DNA of 26,247 nt from assembly GCA_049472355.1 (NCBI GenBank), contig JBLIRP010000056.1:1-26247 (forward strand), written 5' to 3'. A program made the position numbers and the translations under genes. The notes below the pieces were generated by a model. The model worked only from the letters and a program-made list of their open reading frames with translations, ran no database searches and was not told the DNA's origin. This stretch comes from a bacterium. GTDB taxonomy: Bacteria; SZUA-182; DTGQ01; JAFGSM01. Positions 10,251-22,175 of this stretch are shown in pieces; position 1 is the stretch's first letter, and every line of letters starts with the position of its first letter.

Positions 10251-12332
10251 GTGTCAGGCCAATTCCCGATGGAAAAAATCAGAAATATCGGCATCATGGC
10301 CCATATCGACGCCGGGAAAACCACCACCACCGAGCGGATCCTTTTCTACAGCGGGATCACGTACAAGATCGGCGAAGTGGACGAAGGTTCGACGGAGATG
10401 GACTGGATGGATCAGGAACGGGAACGGGGTATCACCATTACCTCTGCCGCAACGACCTGCTTCTGGAAAGGGTATCGAATCAATATCATCGATACCCCGG
10501 GGCATGTGGATTTCACCGCCGAGGTGGAACGCTCCCTCAGGATCCTGGACGGGTCCGTTGCCGTTTTCTGCGGGGTCAACGGTGTTGAACCCCAGTCGGA
10601 GACCGTATGGAGACAGGCGGACCGGTATCATATCCCCCGGATATCCTTTATCAATAAAATGGATCGCATCGGGGCCGACTATTTCAGGGCGGTGGATATG
10701 ATACGCACGCGCCTCGGTGCACAGCCACTGCCGCTTCAGATCCCTATAGGAAGTGAAGCCGATTTTCGCGGCGTGGTGGACCTCATCAGCTTCGAATCGA
10801 TCATCTGGGAAGAGGAGGCCCTGGGCGCCACCTTTCATACGGAACCGGTCCCCGAGGAACTCAGCCAGATCGCCCGCGAATACCGGTCAAGGCTCATAGA
10901 AGCCGCTGCGGAGCAGGATGACGGGCTCATGGAGCAATACCTGGAGACAGGGGGATTGAACACCGAGGAGATTATCAAGGGGGTGCGTCTGGGAACGCTG
11001 AACCTGAAATTTGTGCCGGTCCTCTGCGGTGCCGCCTTCAAGAACAAAGGCGTGCAGCCGCTTCTGGACGCGGTGGTCAATTTCCTCCCCTCCCCCCTCG
11101 ACGTTCCTCCCATCACCGGTCCGAATCCCAAAACAGGCAAGGTGGAACAACGAAAATCAGACATCAACGAGCCGTTTGCAGCGCTCGTGTTCAAGATCAT
11201 GAACGATGCGTATGTGGGAAACCTGGCCTACATCAGGGCCTATTCAGGGATGATCCATACCGGAACCACGGTGTACAATGCCACCAAGGACTGCAAGGAG
11301 CGTATCAGCCGGCTGCTGAAGATCCATGCAAACAAGCGCCAGGACATCAAGGAGGTGTATGCCGGGGAAATAGCGGCCGCAGCCGGTTTCAAACGGATTT
11401 CCACCGGGGATACCATCTGCGCGCCGGGGCATCCCATTATCCTGGAGTCCATGATGTTTCCGGAACCCGTGGTGTCGGTCGCCATCGAGCCGAGGACCAA
11501 GAACGATCAGGACATGCTCACCGAGGTCCTGATGAAGCTCGGCCAGGAGGACCCTACCTTCCGGTTCAAGGTGGATGATGAAACCGGGCAGACGATCATC
11601 TCCGGCATGGGCGAATTGCACCTGGAGATACTCACCGAACGTATGCTCCGTGAGTACAAGGTGAACGCCAAGATCGGAAAACCGCAGGTGGCGTATAAGG
11701 AGACCATTGCCTGCCAGGGAACCGCCGAGGAAAAGTTCGTCCGGCAGATGGGGCAGCGGGGCCAGTTTGCCCACGTGGTGGTGATGCTCGAACCCCAGCC
11801 CAGGGGCAAGGGATTTTTTTTTCAAAACCTGGCGCCTGCAGAAAAGATCCCGAAGGAATACATCCCTTCCATCGAGCAGGGGATCAGGGAAACCCTGGAG
11901 ACCGGAATCCTGGCGGGATATCCCATGATCGATGTAAAGGCCGCGTTGCTTGACGGCTCCGCCCATGAGGTCGATTCATCCGATCTCTCCTTCAAGGTGG
12001 CGGGCGCCATTGCGACAAAAAAGGCGGCAATGGCGGCGAATCCGTTGCTCCTGGAACCTGTCATGGAGGTGGAGGCGGTCATCCCCGAGGAGTACATGGG
12101 GGATGTGATCGCCCACCTCAATGCAAAGAGGGGAAAGATCGAGGGGATGGAAATACGCAGCGGCGCCCAGGTGATCAAGGCAAAGGTTCCTCTTTCCGAA
12201 ATGTTCGGATATGCAACCGATTTGCGATCCATGACCCAGGGGCGGGGAACGTATTCGATGCAATTCAACACATACGATGAGGTGCCTCAACAGATCTCCG
12301 AAGGATTATTGGCCAGAATATATCGAAGATAG
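10251..12332 (+). CDS. fusA: Elongation factor G (somewhat divergent)
   Basis: Motifs [36 protein letters not shown] start with GAGGAG SD. str-operon position. Confidence 0.96.
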   Translation: MSGQFPMEKIRNIGIMAHIDAGKTTTTERILFYSGITYKIGEVDEGSTEMDWMDQERERGITITSAATTCFWKGYRINIIDTPGHVDFTAEVERSLRILDGSVAVFCGVNGVEPQSETVWRQADRYHIPRISFINKMDRIGADYFRAVDMIRTRLGAQPLPLQIPIGSEADFRGVVDLISFESIIWEEEALGATFHTEPVPEELSQIAREYRSRLIEAAAEQDDGLMEQYLETGGLNTEEIIKGVRLGTLNLKFVPVLCGAAFKNKGVQPLLDAVVNFLPSPLDVPPITGPNPKTGKVEQRKSDINEPFAALVFKIMNDAYVGNLAYIRAYSGMIHTGTTVYNATKDCKERISRLLKIHANKRQDIKEVYAGEIAAAAGFKRISTGDTICAPGHPIILESMMFPEPVVSVAIEPRTKNDQDMLTEVLMKLGQEDPTFRFKVDDETGQTIISGMGELHLEILTERMLREYKVNAKIGKPQVAYKETIACQGTAEEKFVRQMGQRGQFAHVVVMLEPQPRGKGFFFQNLAPAEKIPKEYIPSIEQGIRETLETGILAGYPMIDVKAALLDGSAHEVDSSDLSFKVAGAIATKKAAMAANPLLLEPVMEVEAVIPEEYMGDVIAHLNAKRGKIEGMEIRSGAQVIKAKVPLSEMFGYATDLRSMTQGRGTYSMQFNTYDEVPQQISEGLLARIYRR

Positions 12333-12352
12333 ACAAAACAGGAGGAAGACCG

Positions 12353-13546
<1,194 letters not shown>

Positions 13547-13619
13547 TGGACTGAATAGGGACGGGACGGAAGGCACAACAGGGGTGCAGTATCCCCGTAT
13601 ATGAAGGAAGTGATTATCG

Positions 13620-13925
13620 ATGAGCCAAAGGATAAGAATTCGATTACGGGCTTATGATCATAACATCCTGGATCAATCAGCCGGAGAGATCGTAGAGCGG
13701 GCAAAAAGCACCGGGGCGCGGGTGGCGGGGCCGATCCCTCTGCCGACGCAAAAGACCCGCTACACCGTATTGCGGTCGCCGCACATTGACAAAAAATCCA
13801 GGGAACAGTTCGAGATCCGTACGCATAAACGCATCCTGGACATATTGGAGCCGACCTCGCAGACGGTGGATGCACTGATGCATCTGGATCTTCCCGCCGG
13901 TATCGATGTGGAGATCAAGCTGTAG
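13620..13925 (+). CDS. rpsJ: 30S ribosomal protein S10 (uS10/NusE)
   Basis: Motifs [32 protein letters not shown]. Confidence 0.99.
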   Translation: MSQRIRIRLRAYDHNILDQSAGEIVERAKSTGARVAGPIPLPTQKTRYTVLRSPHIDKKSREQFEIRTHKRILDILEPTSQTVDALMHLDLPAGIDVEIKL

Positions 13926-13966
13926 GATCGATGACTTAACGATTTGGTCGTGTGAATGGAGTGGCA

Positions 13967-14596
13967 ATGAAGCTCGACATAATGGACAGAAACGGTCAGC
14001 AGACGACTCAGGTCGACCTGCCCGACGACATCTTCGCTGCGCCGGTGAAGGAACACCTCATCCACGATGTGGTGCGCTATCAGATGGCAAAGCGGCGGCG
14101 GGGCACCTCGGCGACAAAGAACAGGTCCGCTGTTCGCGGCGGCGGCATCAAGCCCTGGCGTCAAAAGGGCACGGGCCGGGCACGGGCCGGGACCATACGA
14201 TCCCCCCTGTGGGTCGGCGGAGGGATCGTTTTCGGACCTCAGCCCAGGGACTATTCATTCAAGGTAAACAAAAAGATCAGGAAGGGCGCCATCAAATCCG
14301 CACTGAGTTTCAAGGCGCAGAATCAGGATGTGCTGATGGTGGAGGATTTTGATCTCGATGAGGGGAAGACCCGCACGGCTGCGTCATTCCTTCGTGAGTG
14401 CGGCTTTGCAAGGGGTGTCCGGGTGCTGATCCTGGTGGACGGCGGCCACGAGAACCTCAAGCGTGCCAGCCGCAATATTCCCGGGGTTATGGTGCTCGAC
14501 GTACAGGGGCTGAATGTCTACGACCTCCTCTGGCATCATAAGCTCCTCATCATGGAACATGCATTACCTCGGTTGCAGGAGGTCCTCGGTTCATGA
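13967..14596 (+). CDS. rplD: 50S ribosomal protein L4 (uL4)
   Basis: [14 protein letters not shown]...SPLWVGGG loop. Start placed at ATG 13967 (GGAG at 13958-13961). Confidence 0.97.
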   Translation: MKLDIMDRNGQQTTQVDLPDDIFAAPVKEHLIHDVVRYQMAKRRRGTSATKNRSAVRGGGIKPWRQKGTGRARAGTIRSPLWVGGGIVFGPQPRDYSFKVNKKIRKGAIKSALSFKAQNQDVLMVEDFDLDEGKTRTAASFLRECGFARGVRVLILVDGGHENLKRASRNIPGVMVLDVQGLNVYDLLWHHKLLIMEHALPRLQEVLGS

Positions 14597-14883
14597 AATC
14601 TCCGTATGAAATAATCAAGGTGCCGTTCATGACTGAAAAGAGCAACAAAATGAACGAGGCATACAGCAAGGTCACCTTCATCGTGGATCGCTCCGCCACC
14701 AAGGCGGAGATTGCAAAGGCCGTGAGCGAGATCTTCAATTGTCATGTGGTACGGGTGAACTCGATCCGGATGGAGGGGAAAAAGAAACGGCTCGGTGTAC
14801 ATCAGGGGAGACGGTCCCACTGGAAAAAGGCCATCTGCACCCTGGCGAAGGGCGAAAAGATCGATGTGGTTGAGGGTATATAA
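14593..14883 (+). CDS. rplW: 50S ribosomal protein L23 (uL23)
   Basis: Motifs P..TEKS, F.V...ATK.EI, WKKA. ATGA overlap with rplD. Confidence 0.96.
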   Translation: MKSPYEIIKVPFMTEKSNKMNEAYSKVTFIVDRSATKAEIAKAVSEIFNCHVVRVNSIRMEGKKKRLGVHQGRRSHWKKAICTLAKGEKIDVVEGI

Positions 14884-14910
14884 CAGACTGGGACTCTGAA
14901 GGGATTTGCT

Positions 14911-15738
14911 ATGGGCATCAGAACATACAAGCCGGTAACCTCAAGTCAGCGCTTTCGGACAGGCTTCACCTTTGACGAGGTTACCAAGGAAAAACCGGAA
15001 AAATCGCTCACCAAGAGCCTCGCCAAGACCGGCGGGAGAAATGCGAACGGAAGGATCACCTGCCGTCACAAGGGTGGCGGTCAGAAGAGAAAATACCGGA
15101 TGATCGATTTCAAACGCGACAAGGATGGGGTGCCGGCCCGGGTCGCGAGCATCGAATACGACCCGAACCGCTCGGCCAGGATCGCGCTCCTTCACTATGC
15201 GGACGGGGAAAAGCGATACATCCTGGCCCCCCTTGGGTTACAGGTCGGGCAACGGGTGCTCTCAGGAGAAGGCGCCGAGATCGAGGTGGGCAATTCCCTC
15301 CCCCTGCGCAAGATCCCCCTCGGGACCATCGTGCATAACATCGAGATGAAGATGAACAAGGGGGGACAAATCGCCCGAAGCGCAGGGGCAGGCGCACAGA
15401 TCCTTGCCAAGGAAGGGGACTACTGTCAGGTTAAGCTCAATTCCAGCGAGGTCAGGATGATCCACCTGAATTGCAGGGCAACCATAGGCCAGGTGGGCAA
15501 CGTGGAGCATTCGAACATATCGATCGGCAAGGCAGGCAGGTCCCGGTGGCTCGGCATCAGACCAACGGTTCGAGGTGTGGCCATGAATCCCATCGACCAT
15601 CCCATGGGCGGCGGCGAGGGAAGGTCATCCGGAGGCCGCCATCCCTGCACTCCATGGGGCAAACCCACCAAGGGGTATAAGACGAGAAAGAACAAGACAA
15701 CCGGTCGTTACATTGTAAAGCGCAGAGGCACTAAGTAG
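14911..15738 (+). CDS. rplB: 50S ribosomal protein L2 (uL2)
   Basis: Motifs [13 protein letters not shown] and [17 protein letters not shown]. Confidence 0.99.
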   Translation: MGIRTYKPVTSSQRFRTGFTFDEVTKEKPEKSLTKSLAKTGGRNANGRITCRHKGGGQKRKYRMIDFKRDKDGVPARVASIEYDPNRSARIALLHYADGEKRYILAPLGLQVGQRVLSGEGAEIEVGNSLPLRKIPLGTIVHNIEMKMNKGGQIARSAGAGAQILAKEGDYCQVKLNSSEVRMIHLNCRATIGQVGNVEHSNISIGKAGRSRWLGIRPTVRGVAMNPIDHPMGGGEGRSSGGRHPCTPWGKPTKGYKTRKNKTTGRYIVKRRGTK

Positions 15739-15751
15739 AGGGAGGCATGTC

Positions 15752-16036
15752 TTGGCACGTTCACTGAAAAAAGGGCCATTCATTGATCACCACCTCGCGA
15801 AAAGGATCGAGCAGATGAATCAGACCATGGACCGCAAGGTGATCAAAACATGGTCGCGGCGATCAACCATTATCCCTGAAATGGTCGGCCACACCATTGC
15901 GGTCCACAACGGGAAGAAGTTTATCCCGGTCTATATCACGGAAAATATGGTCGGTCACAAATTGGGGGAATTCGCCCCCACCAGGACCTTCAGGGGACAC
16001 GGATCAAAGGCGGAGAAGGCGACACGGGTCAAGTAG
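15752..16036 (+). CDS. rpsS: 30S ribosomal protein S19 (uS19)
   Basis: Motifs [30 protein letters not shown] start with GGAGG SD. Confidence 0.98.
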   Translation: MARSLKKGPFIDHHLAKRIEQMNQTMDRKVIKTWSRRSTIIPEMVGHTIAVHNGKKFIPVYITENMVGHKLGEFAPTRTFRGHGSKAEKATRVK

Positions 16037-16070
16037 AAAAACAGCGCACCTTTTTTTAAAGGGATACGAG

Positions 16071-16421
16071 ATGGAGTCACGAGCAACCATAAAATATCTC
16101 AGGACATCGTCAACAAAACTCAAACCGATCCTGGATCTGGTCCGGGGTAAAAGGGTGGATGAGGCGTTGACCGTACTCAAATTTACCAACAAGAAGTCTG
16201 CCCGGCTGGTGCACAAGGCCATCCGTTCAGCCTATGCCAATGCAGAGCAACTCCCGGATGCAAAGGATGCGAATCTCGAGGAGCTTTACATCGCAGAGAT
16301 CTTTGCCAATCAGGGCCCGACCCTGAAACGTTTCATCCCCAAGGCACGGGGACGGGCGGGGAGGATACTGAAACGCACCAACCACATCAAGATCACACTG
16401 AGAACGATGGGGAACAATTAA
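16071..16421 (+). CDS. rplV: 50S ribosomal protein L22 (uL22)
   Basis: [15 protein letters not shown]...KRTNHI. Start at ATG 16071 (the ORF-track extension is spurious). Confidence 0.95.
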   Translation: MESRATIKYLRTSSTKLKPILDLVRGKRVDEALTVLKFTNKKSARLVHKAIRSAYANAEQLPDAKDANLEELYIAEIFANQGPTLKRFIPKARGRAGRILKRTNHIKITLRTMGNN

Positions 16422-16441
16422 GCCGGATTGGAGGAAACGAT

Positions 16442-17086
16442 TTGGGACAAAAGGTACATCCGATAGGATTTCGATTAGGGATTATCAAGACATGGGACTC
16501 ACGATGGTTCGCCAAAAAGGACTATGCCCAATTTCTCCATGAAGATCTGGAAATCCGTAAATTCGTCCGCGACCGGTTAAAGAGTGCGGGTGTATCCAAG
16601 GTGGAGATCGAACGGGCCTCGGACCGAATCAAGATCAATATTCACAGCGCGCGCCCGGGCATCATCATCGGGAAAAAGGGCTCCGAGGTCGATAAACTGA
16701 AAAACGATATCCAGCGCATGATCAAAAGACAGATCTTTATCAATATCCTGGAAATCCGAAAATCCGAGGTTGACGCGCAGTTGGTGGCTGAAAACATCGC
16801 CATGCAGCTTGAGAAACGGGTGGCATTCCGCAGGGCAATGAAGAAGAGGGTCTCCATGGCATTGAGGTTCGGCGCCGAAGGGATCAAGATCGCGTGCGCC
16901 GGCAGGTTGGGTGCGGCGGAGATGGCGCGCAGGGAATGGTACCGTGAGGGGAGGGTCCCCCTGCACACCCTGCGGGCGGACATTGATTATGGATTCGCCG
17001 TTTCCAAGACCACCTATGGGAGCATCGGGGTAAAGGTGTGGATCTTTAAGGGAGAGGTTGCGCACGAGCAGTCGATCCAGCAGTAG
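16442..17086 (+). CDS. rpsC: 30S ribosomal protein S3 (uS3)
   Basis: Motifs [40 protein letters not shown] start. Confidence 0.99.
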   Translation: MGQKVHPIGFRLGIIKTWDSRWFAKKDYAQFLHEDLEIRKFVRDRLKSAGVSKVEIERASDRIKINIHSARPGIIIGKKGSEVDKLKNDIQRMIKRQIFINILEIRKSEVDAQLVAENIAMQLEKRVAFRRAMKKRVSMALRFGAEGIKIACAGRLGAAEMARREWYREGRVPLHTLRADIDYGFAVSKTTYGSIGVKVWIFKGEVAHEQSIQQ

Positions 17087-17128
17087 GGCGACCTCTCGTG
17101 TGGTGTATGACGGAAGGAAGAACGTACT

Positions 17129-17533
17129 ATGTTAATGCCAAAAAAGATTAAATATCGCAAGCAGCAGCGGGGGAAAATGAAGGGCAAGGCGCAACGGGGG
17201 AATGAGCTTCATTTCGGTGATTACGGACTCAAGGCCCTCACCCCCGGGTGGGTCACCAACCGCCAGATCGAGGCCGCCCGTATCGCCATTACCCGCTACA
17301 TAAAGCGGGGGGGGAAGATATGGATCAACATCTTCCCTGACAAGCCGATCGGACACAAGCCGGCAGAAACACGGATGGGCAAGGGCAAGGCCACGCCCGA
17401 CACCTGGGTGGCAGTGGTCAAACCGGGCAGGATACTCTACGAGATGGAAGGCATCGGCATTGATGAGGCGCGGGAGGCCATGAGACTGGCCTCGCACAAG
17501 CTGTCCGTACAAACGAAATTTGTCCACCGTTAG
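17129..17533 (+). CDS. rplP: 50S ribosomal protein L16 (uL16)
   Basis: Motifs [26 protein letters not shown]. Confidence 0.98.
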   Translation: MLMPKKIKYRKQQRGKMKGKAQRGNELHFGDYGLKALTPGWVTNRQIEAARIAITRYIKRGGKIWINIFPDKPIGHKPAETRMGKGKATPDTWVAVVKPGRILYEMEGIGIDEAREAMRLASHKLSVQTKFVHR

Positions 17534-17546
17534 AAGGGAAACGAGC

Positions 17547-17753
17547 ATGAAAGCAGACGGGTTCAGGGACCTTTCAGACGAGGAGCTCAGCCATAAAGAG
17601 GCGGATTTGAGGGAGGACCTCTTCAAGCTCAACTATCAGCTTGCAACCGGGCAGTTGGAAAACAAGGCCCGGGTGAGACAGGTAAAAAAGGATATCGCAC
17701 GTCTTCTGACGGTCTGCCGTGAGAGGATTCAGGCAAAGAGGGATCAAGGATAA
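17547..17753 (+). CDS. rpmC: 50S ribosomal protein L29 (uL29)
   Basis: LFKLNYQLATGQLEN...KKDIAR. ATG at 17547. Expected gene order. Confidence 0.95.
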   Translation: MKADGFRDLSDEELSHKEADLREDLFKLNYQLATGQLENKARVRQVKKDIARLLTVCRERIQAKRDQG

Positions 17754-17768
17754 GAAGAGGGTTACGCG

Positions 17769-18026
17769 ATGGGAGACAGGGGCAGTCGTAAGAAGAGAAT
17801 AGGGATCGTGGTGAGCAACAAGATGGATAAGACGGTGGTGGTGGAGGTGGAACGACGATTCACGCACCCGGTCTATAAGAAGATCATCAAACAAAAGAAA
17901 CGCTTCAAGGCGCATGATGAACAAAACGAATGCGCGGTCGGAGACAAGGTGGTGCTCATGGAAACACGCCCGATGAGTCGTGATAAGCGATGGCGGGTCG
18001 TCTCCATTATGGAAAAGGCAAGTTGA
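17769..18026 (+). CDS. rpsQ: 30S ribosomal protein S17 (uS17)
   Basis: Motifs [29 protein letters not shown]. Confidence 0.98.
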   Translation: MGDRGSRKKRIGIVVSNKMDKTVVVEVERRFTHPVYKKIIKQKKRFKAHDEQNECAVGDKVVLMETRPMSRDKRWRVVSIMEKAS

Positions 18027-18107
18027 TGCAATGGGATCGGTCAGTGGCATCAATCCGTCAGCAATGACGATTGCGGATATGCGGGAAATGATGGGGGACA
18101 ATAAGGC

Positions 18108-18476
18108 ATGATTCAGGTACATACGAAGCTTGATGTGGCTGATAATACCGGTGCAAAAAAACTCAGTTGTATAAAGATCCTCGGAGGCACGCGCCGAAGG
18201 TATGCCAGGCTTGGCGATGTCATCGTGGTGACGGTCAAGGAATCCACACCCACGGCCGTGGTCAAGAAGGGAACGGTGAACAAGGCCGTCGTGGTCAGGA
18301 CGAAAAAGGAATTCCGCCGCAATGACGGCTCATACATCCGGTTCGATACCAATGCAGCGGTTTTGATCAACGCGCAGGGAGAACCCATAGGCACCCGTAT
18401 CTTCGGGCCCGTGGCCCGCGAGTTGCGGGCAAAACAATTCACCAAGATTATCTCCCTTGCCCCGGAGGTTATTTAG
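18108..18476 (+). CDS. rplN: 50S ribosomal protein L14 (uL14)
   Basis: Motifs MIQ...[26 protein letters not shown]. Confidence 0.99.
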   Translation: MIQVHTKLDVADNTGAKKLSCIKILGGTRRRYARLGDVIVVTVKESTPTAVVKKGTVNKAVVVRTKKEFRRNDGSYIRFDTNAAVLINAQGEPIGTRIFGPVARELRAKQFTKIISLAPEVI

Positions 18477-18498
18477 TGCTCATTGAGGAATGGTTATT

Positions 18499-18849
18499 AT
18501 GTTCAAGAGTAAGCCGAAACACCTGATAAGCAAAACAAACAAGATCCGGAAGGATGACACCGTCTATGTCATCACGGGAAAGGACAAGGGCAAAACCGGC
18601 AAGGTGTTGCGGGTGCTGCCGAAAAAGGGGCGTGCCGTTGTAGAGAATATCAATTTCATCTACAAGCATATGAGACCTTCACAGCAGCTCCAGCAGGGGG
18701 GGATCATCAAGAGGGAGGGCCCCATTGAGATCACCAATCTCATGCCGGTGTGCAATAAATGTTCGAAGCCGACCCGGGTTGGATTCACCGTCCTGGAGGA
18801 TGGGCGGAAGGTCCGGGTATGTAAGAAATGCGGCGAGGTCATGAGCTAA
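18499..18849 (+). CDS. rplX: 50S ribosomal protein L24 (uL24) with CxxC...CxxC
   Basis: KOW motif IRKDDTVYVITGKDKGKTG. Start 18499 preferred for its SD spacing (18490 is the alternative). Confidence 0.96.
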   Translation: MFKSKPKHLISKTNKIRKDDTVYVITGKDKGKTGKVLRVLPKKGRAVVENINFIYKHMRPSQQLQQGGIIKREGPIEITNLMPVCNKCSKPTRVGFTVLEDGRKVRVCKKCGEVMS

Positions 18850-18882
18850 TCGAAACCATACAAGAGTGGGGAAGAATGTTCC

Positions 18883-19422
18883 ATGTCACGGCTCAAGGAT
18901 AAATATTTACACGATGTGCTGCCTCAGTTAAAAGAGGAATTCAAGTATACCAACAACTTGCAGGCCCCGAGGCTTTCCAAGATAATCATCAATATGGGCG
19001 TTGGCGAGGCAATACAGAACGTCAAGGTGCTGGATTCCGCACAGGCGGACCTCACGGCGATCAGCGGTCAAAAACCGCTCGTTACCCGGGCGAAGAAATC
19101 CATCGCCGGTTTTAAGCTCAGAAAGGGGATGCCGATCGGGTGCAAGGTGACCCTGAGAAGGGAACGAATGTATGATTTCCTGGATAAGCTGGTGAATGTC
19201 GCACTCCCGAGGATCAGGGACTTCAAGGGGATTTCACCCAAGTCGTTTGATGGACGGGGGAACTATAATCTCGGGCTGAAGGAGCAGGTCATCTTCCCTG
19301 AGATCAACTATGACAAGATAGACAAGGTTCGCGGCATGGATGTGTGCATCGTCACCACCGCCAAATCGGATGAGGAGGCTCGATCCCTTTTGCAGCGGAT
19401 GGGGATGCCGTTCAAACAATAG
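18883..19422 (+). CDS. rplE: 50S ribosomal protein L5 (uL5)
   Basis: Motifs [31 protein letters not shown]. Confidence 0.99.
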   Translation: MSRLKDKYLHDVLPQLKEEFKYTNNLQAPRLSKIIINMGVGEAIQNVKVLDSAQADLTAISGQKPLVTRAKKSIAGFKLRKGMPIGCKVTLRRERMYDFLDKLVNVALPRIRDFKGISPKSFDGRGNYNLGLKEQVIFPEINYDKIDKVRGMDVCIVTTAKSDEEARSLLQRMGMPFKQ

Positions 19423-19465
19423 GTTCACGGGACACAATCCCATTCAAAGGAGAGACGAGACTACA

Positions 19466-19651
19466 GTGGCAAAACAATCACTCATAGTAAAGGCACGGAG
19501 AAGGCAAAAGTTCAGGGTGAGGCAATACAACCGGTGCAGGATATGCGGTCGTCCGCGGGCGTACATCAGAAAGTTCCAGATGTGTCGCATCTGTTTCAGG
19601 AATCTGGCGCTCAAGGGCGAACTCCCTGGAGTGATCAAGGCAAGCTGGTAG
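19466..19651 (+). CDS. rpsN: 30S ribosomal protein S14, zinc-binding (type Z, 61 aa)
   Basis: GTG start at 19466. RCRICGR...CRICFR...PGVIKASW. Confidence 0.97.
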   Translation: MAKQSLIVKARRRQKFRVRQYNRCRICGRPRAYIRKFQMCRICFRNLALKGELPGVIKASW

Positions 19652-19661
19652 GAGGGGGACA

Positions 19662-20060
19662 ATGGTTTTAACAGATCCCATTGCCGATTTATTGAATCGA
19701 ATACGAAATGCGCTCTTGGCACGACATGCCAGCACCAGTATACCCTTTTCCACGATAAAGCTGGAGATCATCAAGATCATAAAGTCGGGAGGGTACATCA
19801 AAGGGTATAAGGTGTTCGACAGGGAAGGCAAGAAGGACATCCGGGTTTACCTCAAATATGATGCCCAAAGCAACGGTATCATCAAGGGATTACGAAGGAT
19901 CAGCTCGCCCGGACGTCGCGTGTACGTGTCCAAGGATAAGGTGCCGAGGGTATTGGGAGGACTGGGAATGGCCGTTCTCTCAACCACCAAGGGGATTATG
20001 GCCGATGGTACCTGCCGGCAGGAAAATGTGGGCGGAGAGGTCCTCTGCTATATCTGGTAG
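19662..20060 (+). CDS. rpsH: 30S ribosomal protein S8 (uS8)
   Basis: Motifs [28 protein letters not shown]. Confidence 0.98.
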   Translation: MVLTDPIADLLNRIRNALLARHASTSIPFSTIKLEIIKIIKSGGYIKGYKVFDREGKKDIRVYLKYDAQSNGIIKGLRRISSPGRRVYVSKDKVPRVLGGLGMAVLSTTKGIMADGTCRQENVGGEVLCYIW

Positions 20061-20090
20061 GGCACCCGCGAAAAAGGAAATGGAGCACTT

Positions 20091-20627
20091 ATGTCGAGAG
20101 TAGGGAAAAAACCGATCCCCGTTCCCCAGGGGGTACAGGTCACGATCAAGGACCAGCGGGTTACCGTGAAGGGGCCGAAGGGGGAACTCCATGAGGACAT
20201 CCTCCCTGAGATAGGGATCGAACAACAGGACAATGAGCTCACCCTAATTCCCAGGGGAAATGATAAAAAGATCCACGCCCTTCACGGGCTGTACCGCACA
20301 TTGGTCGCCAATATGGTGCATGGTGTTACCGAGGGATTTCAGAAGAACCTGAAGATCGTGGGGATAGGCTATCGTGCCAATGTCTCCGGGAAGGCGCTCA
20401 ATCTTACCCTCGGCTATTCACACCCCATCAAATATGCAATCCCTGACAATATCTCCATCGAGGTGACCAAGGATAACCAGATCATCATCAAGGGAATCGA
20501 CAAGCAGCGGGTCGGGCAGATAGCCGCCGAGATCAGGGACTTCAAGCGACCCGAACCTTACAAGGGCAAGGGGATCATGTACAGGGACGAGAGAATCAGA
20601 ACAAAGGTCGGAAAGACAGGGGCGTAA
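20091..20627 (+). CDS. rplF: 50S ribosomal protein L6 (uL6)
   Basis: Motifs MSRVGKKPI, VKGPKG, PEPYKGKG. Confidence 0.99.
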   Translation: MSRVGKKPIPVPQGVQVTIKDQRVTVKGPKGELHEDILPEIGIEQQDNELTLIPRGNDKKIHALHGLYRTLVANMVHGVTEGFQKNLKIVGIGYRANVSGKALNLTLGYSHPIKYAIPDNISIEVTKDNQIIIKGIDKQRVGQIAAEIRDFKRPEPYKGKGIMYRDERIRTKVGKTGA

Positions 20628-20648
20628 TCCAAGGAGGCCATAGCATTC

Positions 20649-21005
20649 ATGGACAGGAAGGAAAATAGAAACGCGCGTCACGAGAGGGTCCGGAAAAAGG
20701 TCAAGGGAACCGGAGAACGGCCCAGATTGGCGGTTTTCAAAAGTGCATCCCACATCTATGCGCAGTTGATCGATGATGTTCAGTCAACCACCATTGTGAG
20801 CGCATCGACCATTGATCCCGCATTCAAAAAACAGATGTCATCGACCGGGAATATCGCTGCGGCAAAGCTGGTGGGACAGATGATCGCGGAGCGTGCAAAG
20901 GAAAAGGGTGTGGAAGCGATTATATTCGACCGGGGCGGATTCATCTATCACGGACGGATAAAGGCATTGGCTGAAGCAGCCCGCGAGACCGGACTCAAAT
21001 TTTAA
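20649..21005 (+). CDS. rplR: 50S ribosomal protein L18 (uL18)
   Basis: Motifs [14 protein letters not shown] and FDRGG..YHGR. Confidence 0.98.
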   Translation: MDRKENRNARHERVRKKVKGTGERPRLAVFKSASHIYAQLIDDVQSTTIVSASTIDPAFKKQMSSTGNIAAAKLVGQMIAERAKEKGVEAIIFDRGGFIYHGRIKALAEAARETGLKF

Positions 21006-21029
21006 ATCGAGGTAAAAGGAGGCGAATCC

Positions 21030-21527
21030 TTGGCACGAATCAGCCACGATGAATTGGAACTAATAGACAAGGTTATTTACATAAACCGCGTTGCAAAGGT
21101 TGTCAAAGGCGGCCGCAGGTTCGGCTTCAGCGCACTGGTGGTGGTGGGTGACACCCACGGACATGTGGGAACCGGCATGGGAAAGGCCAACGAGGTCCCC
21201 GAGGCAATCAGCAAGGCAATCGAAAAGGCAAAAAAACATCTTGTAAGAATTCCCCTGGTCGGGAGTACCATACCGTATCAGGTCCTGGGTCACTTCGGCG
21301 CGAGCAGGGTGCTCCTCAAGCCCGCATCGAAGGGAACCGGGGTTATCGCTGGAGGCACCGTCAGGGCCATTGTAGAGGCAGCCGGCATTCAGGACATCCT
21401 GACGAAGTCCATCGGATCGAATAATCCCCACAATGTGGTGAAGGCAGCCATGAACGGACTGCTCCAATTGAGGGATCCCGAAGAGGTTATGAAGAATCGC
21501 GGCATGGCTGCAAGTGCAACGGAGTGA
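21030..21527 (+). CDS. rpsE: 30S ribosomal protein S5 (uS5)
   Basis: Motifs [13 protein letters not shown] and [11 protein letters not shown] start with AAGGAGG SD. Confidence 0.99.
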   Translation: MARISHDELELIDKVIYINRVAKVVKGGRRFGFSALVVVGDTHGHVGTGMGKANEVPEAISKAIEKAKKHLVRIPLVGSTIPYQVLGHFGASRVLLKPASKGTGVIAGGTVRAIVEAAGIQDILTKSIGSNNPHNVVKAAMNGLLQLRDPEEVMKNRGMAASATE

Positions 21528-21538
21528 GGGAACAACCA

Positions 21539-21736
21539 ATGGCACGCCAACTGAAAATCACACTGATAAAGAGCCCCCATGGGAGATTGCCGAAACAACG
21601 TCGTATTCTCGACGCCCTGGGACTTCGGAAGACCAATCGAACCGTGTACAAACCGGATAATCCTCAAACCTGGGGTATGGTGAACAAGATACCCCACCTA
21701 CTCGTTATCGAGGGAGTGGACAAGGATCATGCTTAA
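21539..21736 (+). CDS. rpmD: 50S ribosomal protein L30 (uL30)
   Basis: LKITLIKS...LGLRK...[12 protein letters not shown] at 21539. Confidence 0.95.
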   Translation: MARQLKITLIKSPHGRLPKQRRILDALGLRKTNRTVYKPDNPQTWGMVNKIPHLLVIEGVDKDHA

Positions 21737-22175
21737 TCATTTAACCGCGAGCGGAGGATCACGAAAGAGCAGAAAAAGGGTGGGGCGTGGCTCCGGTTCC
21801 GGCCATGGAGGGACCTCCTGCAGGGGGCACAAGGGGCAAAACGCCCGCTCGGGCGGAGGCAAGGGCCCCGGATTCGAGGGAGGACAGATGCCCTTGCAGA
21901 GACGATTGCCCAAGAGGGGATTCACAAACATCTTCAAAAAGGAGCACGCCATCGTTCACCTTCAGGACCTGAACCGGTTCGAGGCCCAGCAGGAGATCAC
22001 CCCCGAGGTCCTCAAACAGGCGGGGATCATCAAACAGGGGGCGACACTGGTGAAGGTGCTCGCGGATGGAGCCCTTGAAAAGCCTCTTACCGTGAAGGTG
22101 CACCTGTTCTCCCAGTCGGCGATCAAGGGGATTGAGGCGGCCGGGGGGAAGGCAGAGGTGATCGGACGTGATTGA
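21729..22175 (+). CDS. rplO: 50S ribosomal protein L15 (uL15)
   Basis: Motifs [35 protein letters not shown]. Confidence 0.98.
   Translation: MLNHLTASGGSRKSRKRVGRGSGSGHGGTSCRGHKGQNARSGGGKGPGFEGGQMPLQRRLPKRGFTNIFKKEHAIVHLQDLNRFEAQQEITPEVLKQAGIIKQGATLVKVLADGALEKPLTVKVHLFSQSAIKGIEAAGGKAEVIGRD

Noticed and set aside
11814..11822. T9 tract in fusA (also G8 in rplP at 17307-17314 and A8 in adk at 23505-23512)
   Set aside because: All reading frames are intact in essential genes, with no sign of phase variation or programmed frameshifting.
13906..14352. 148-aa alternative-frame ORF (and minus ORFs 13677-13967 and 13760-14164) spanning the rplC gap
   Set aside because: They overlap rpsJ/rplD out of frame, have low-complexity Arg/Gly composition and show no uL3 motifs, so they are not a frameshifted rplC.
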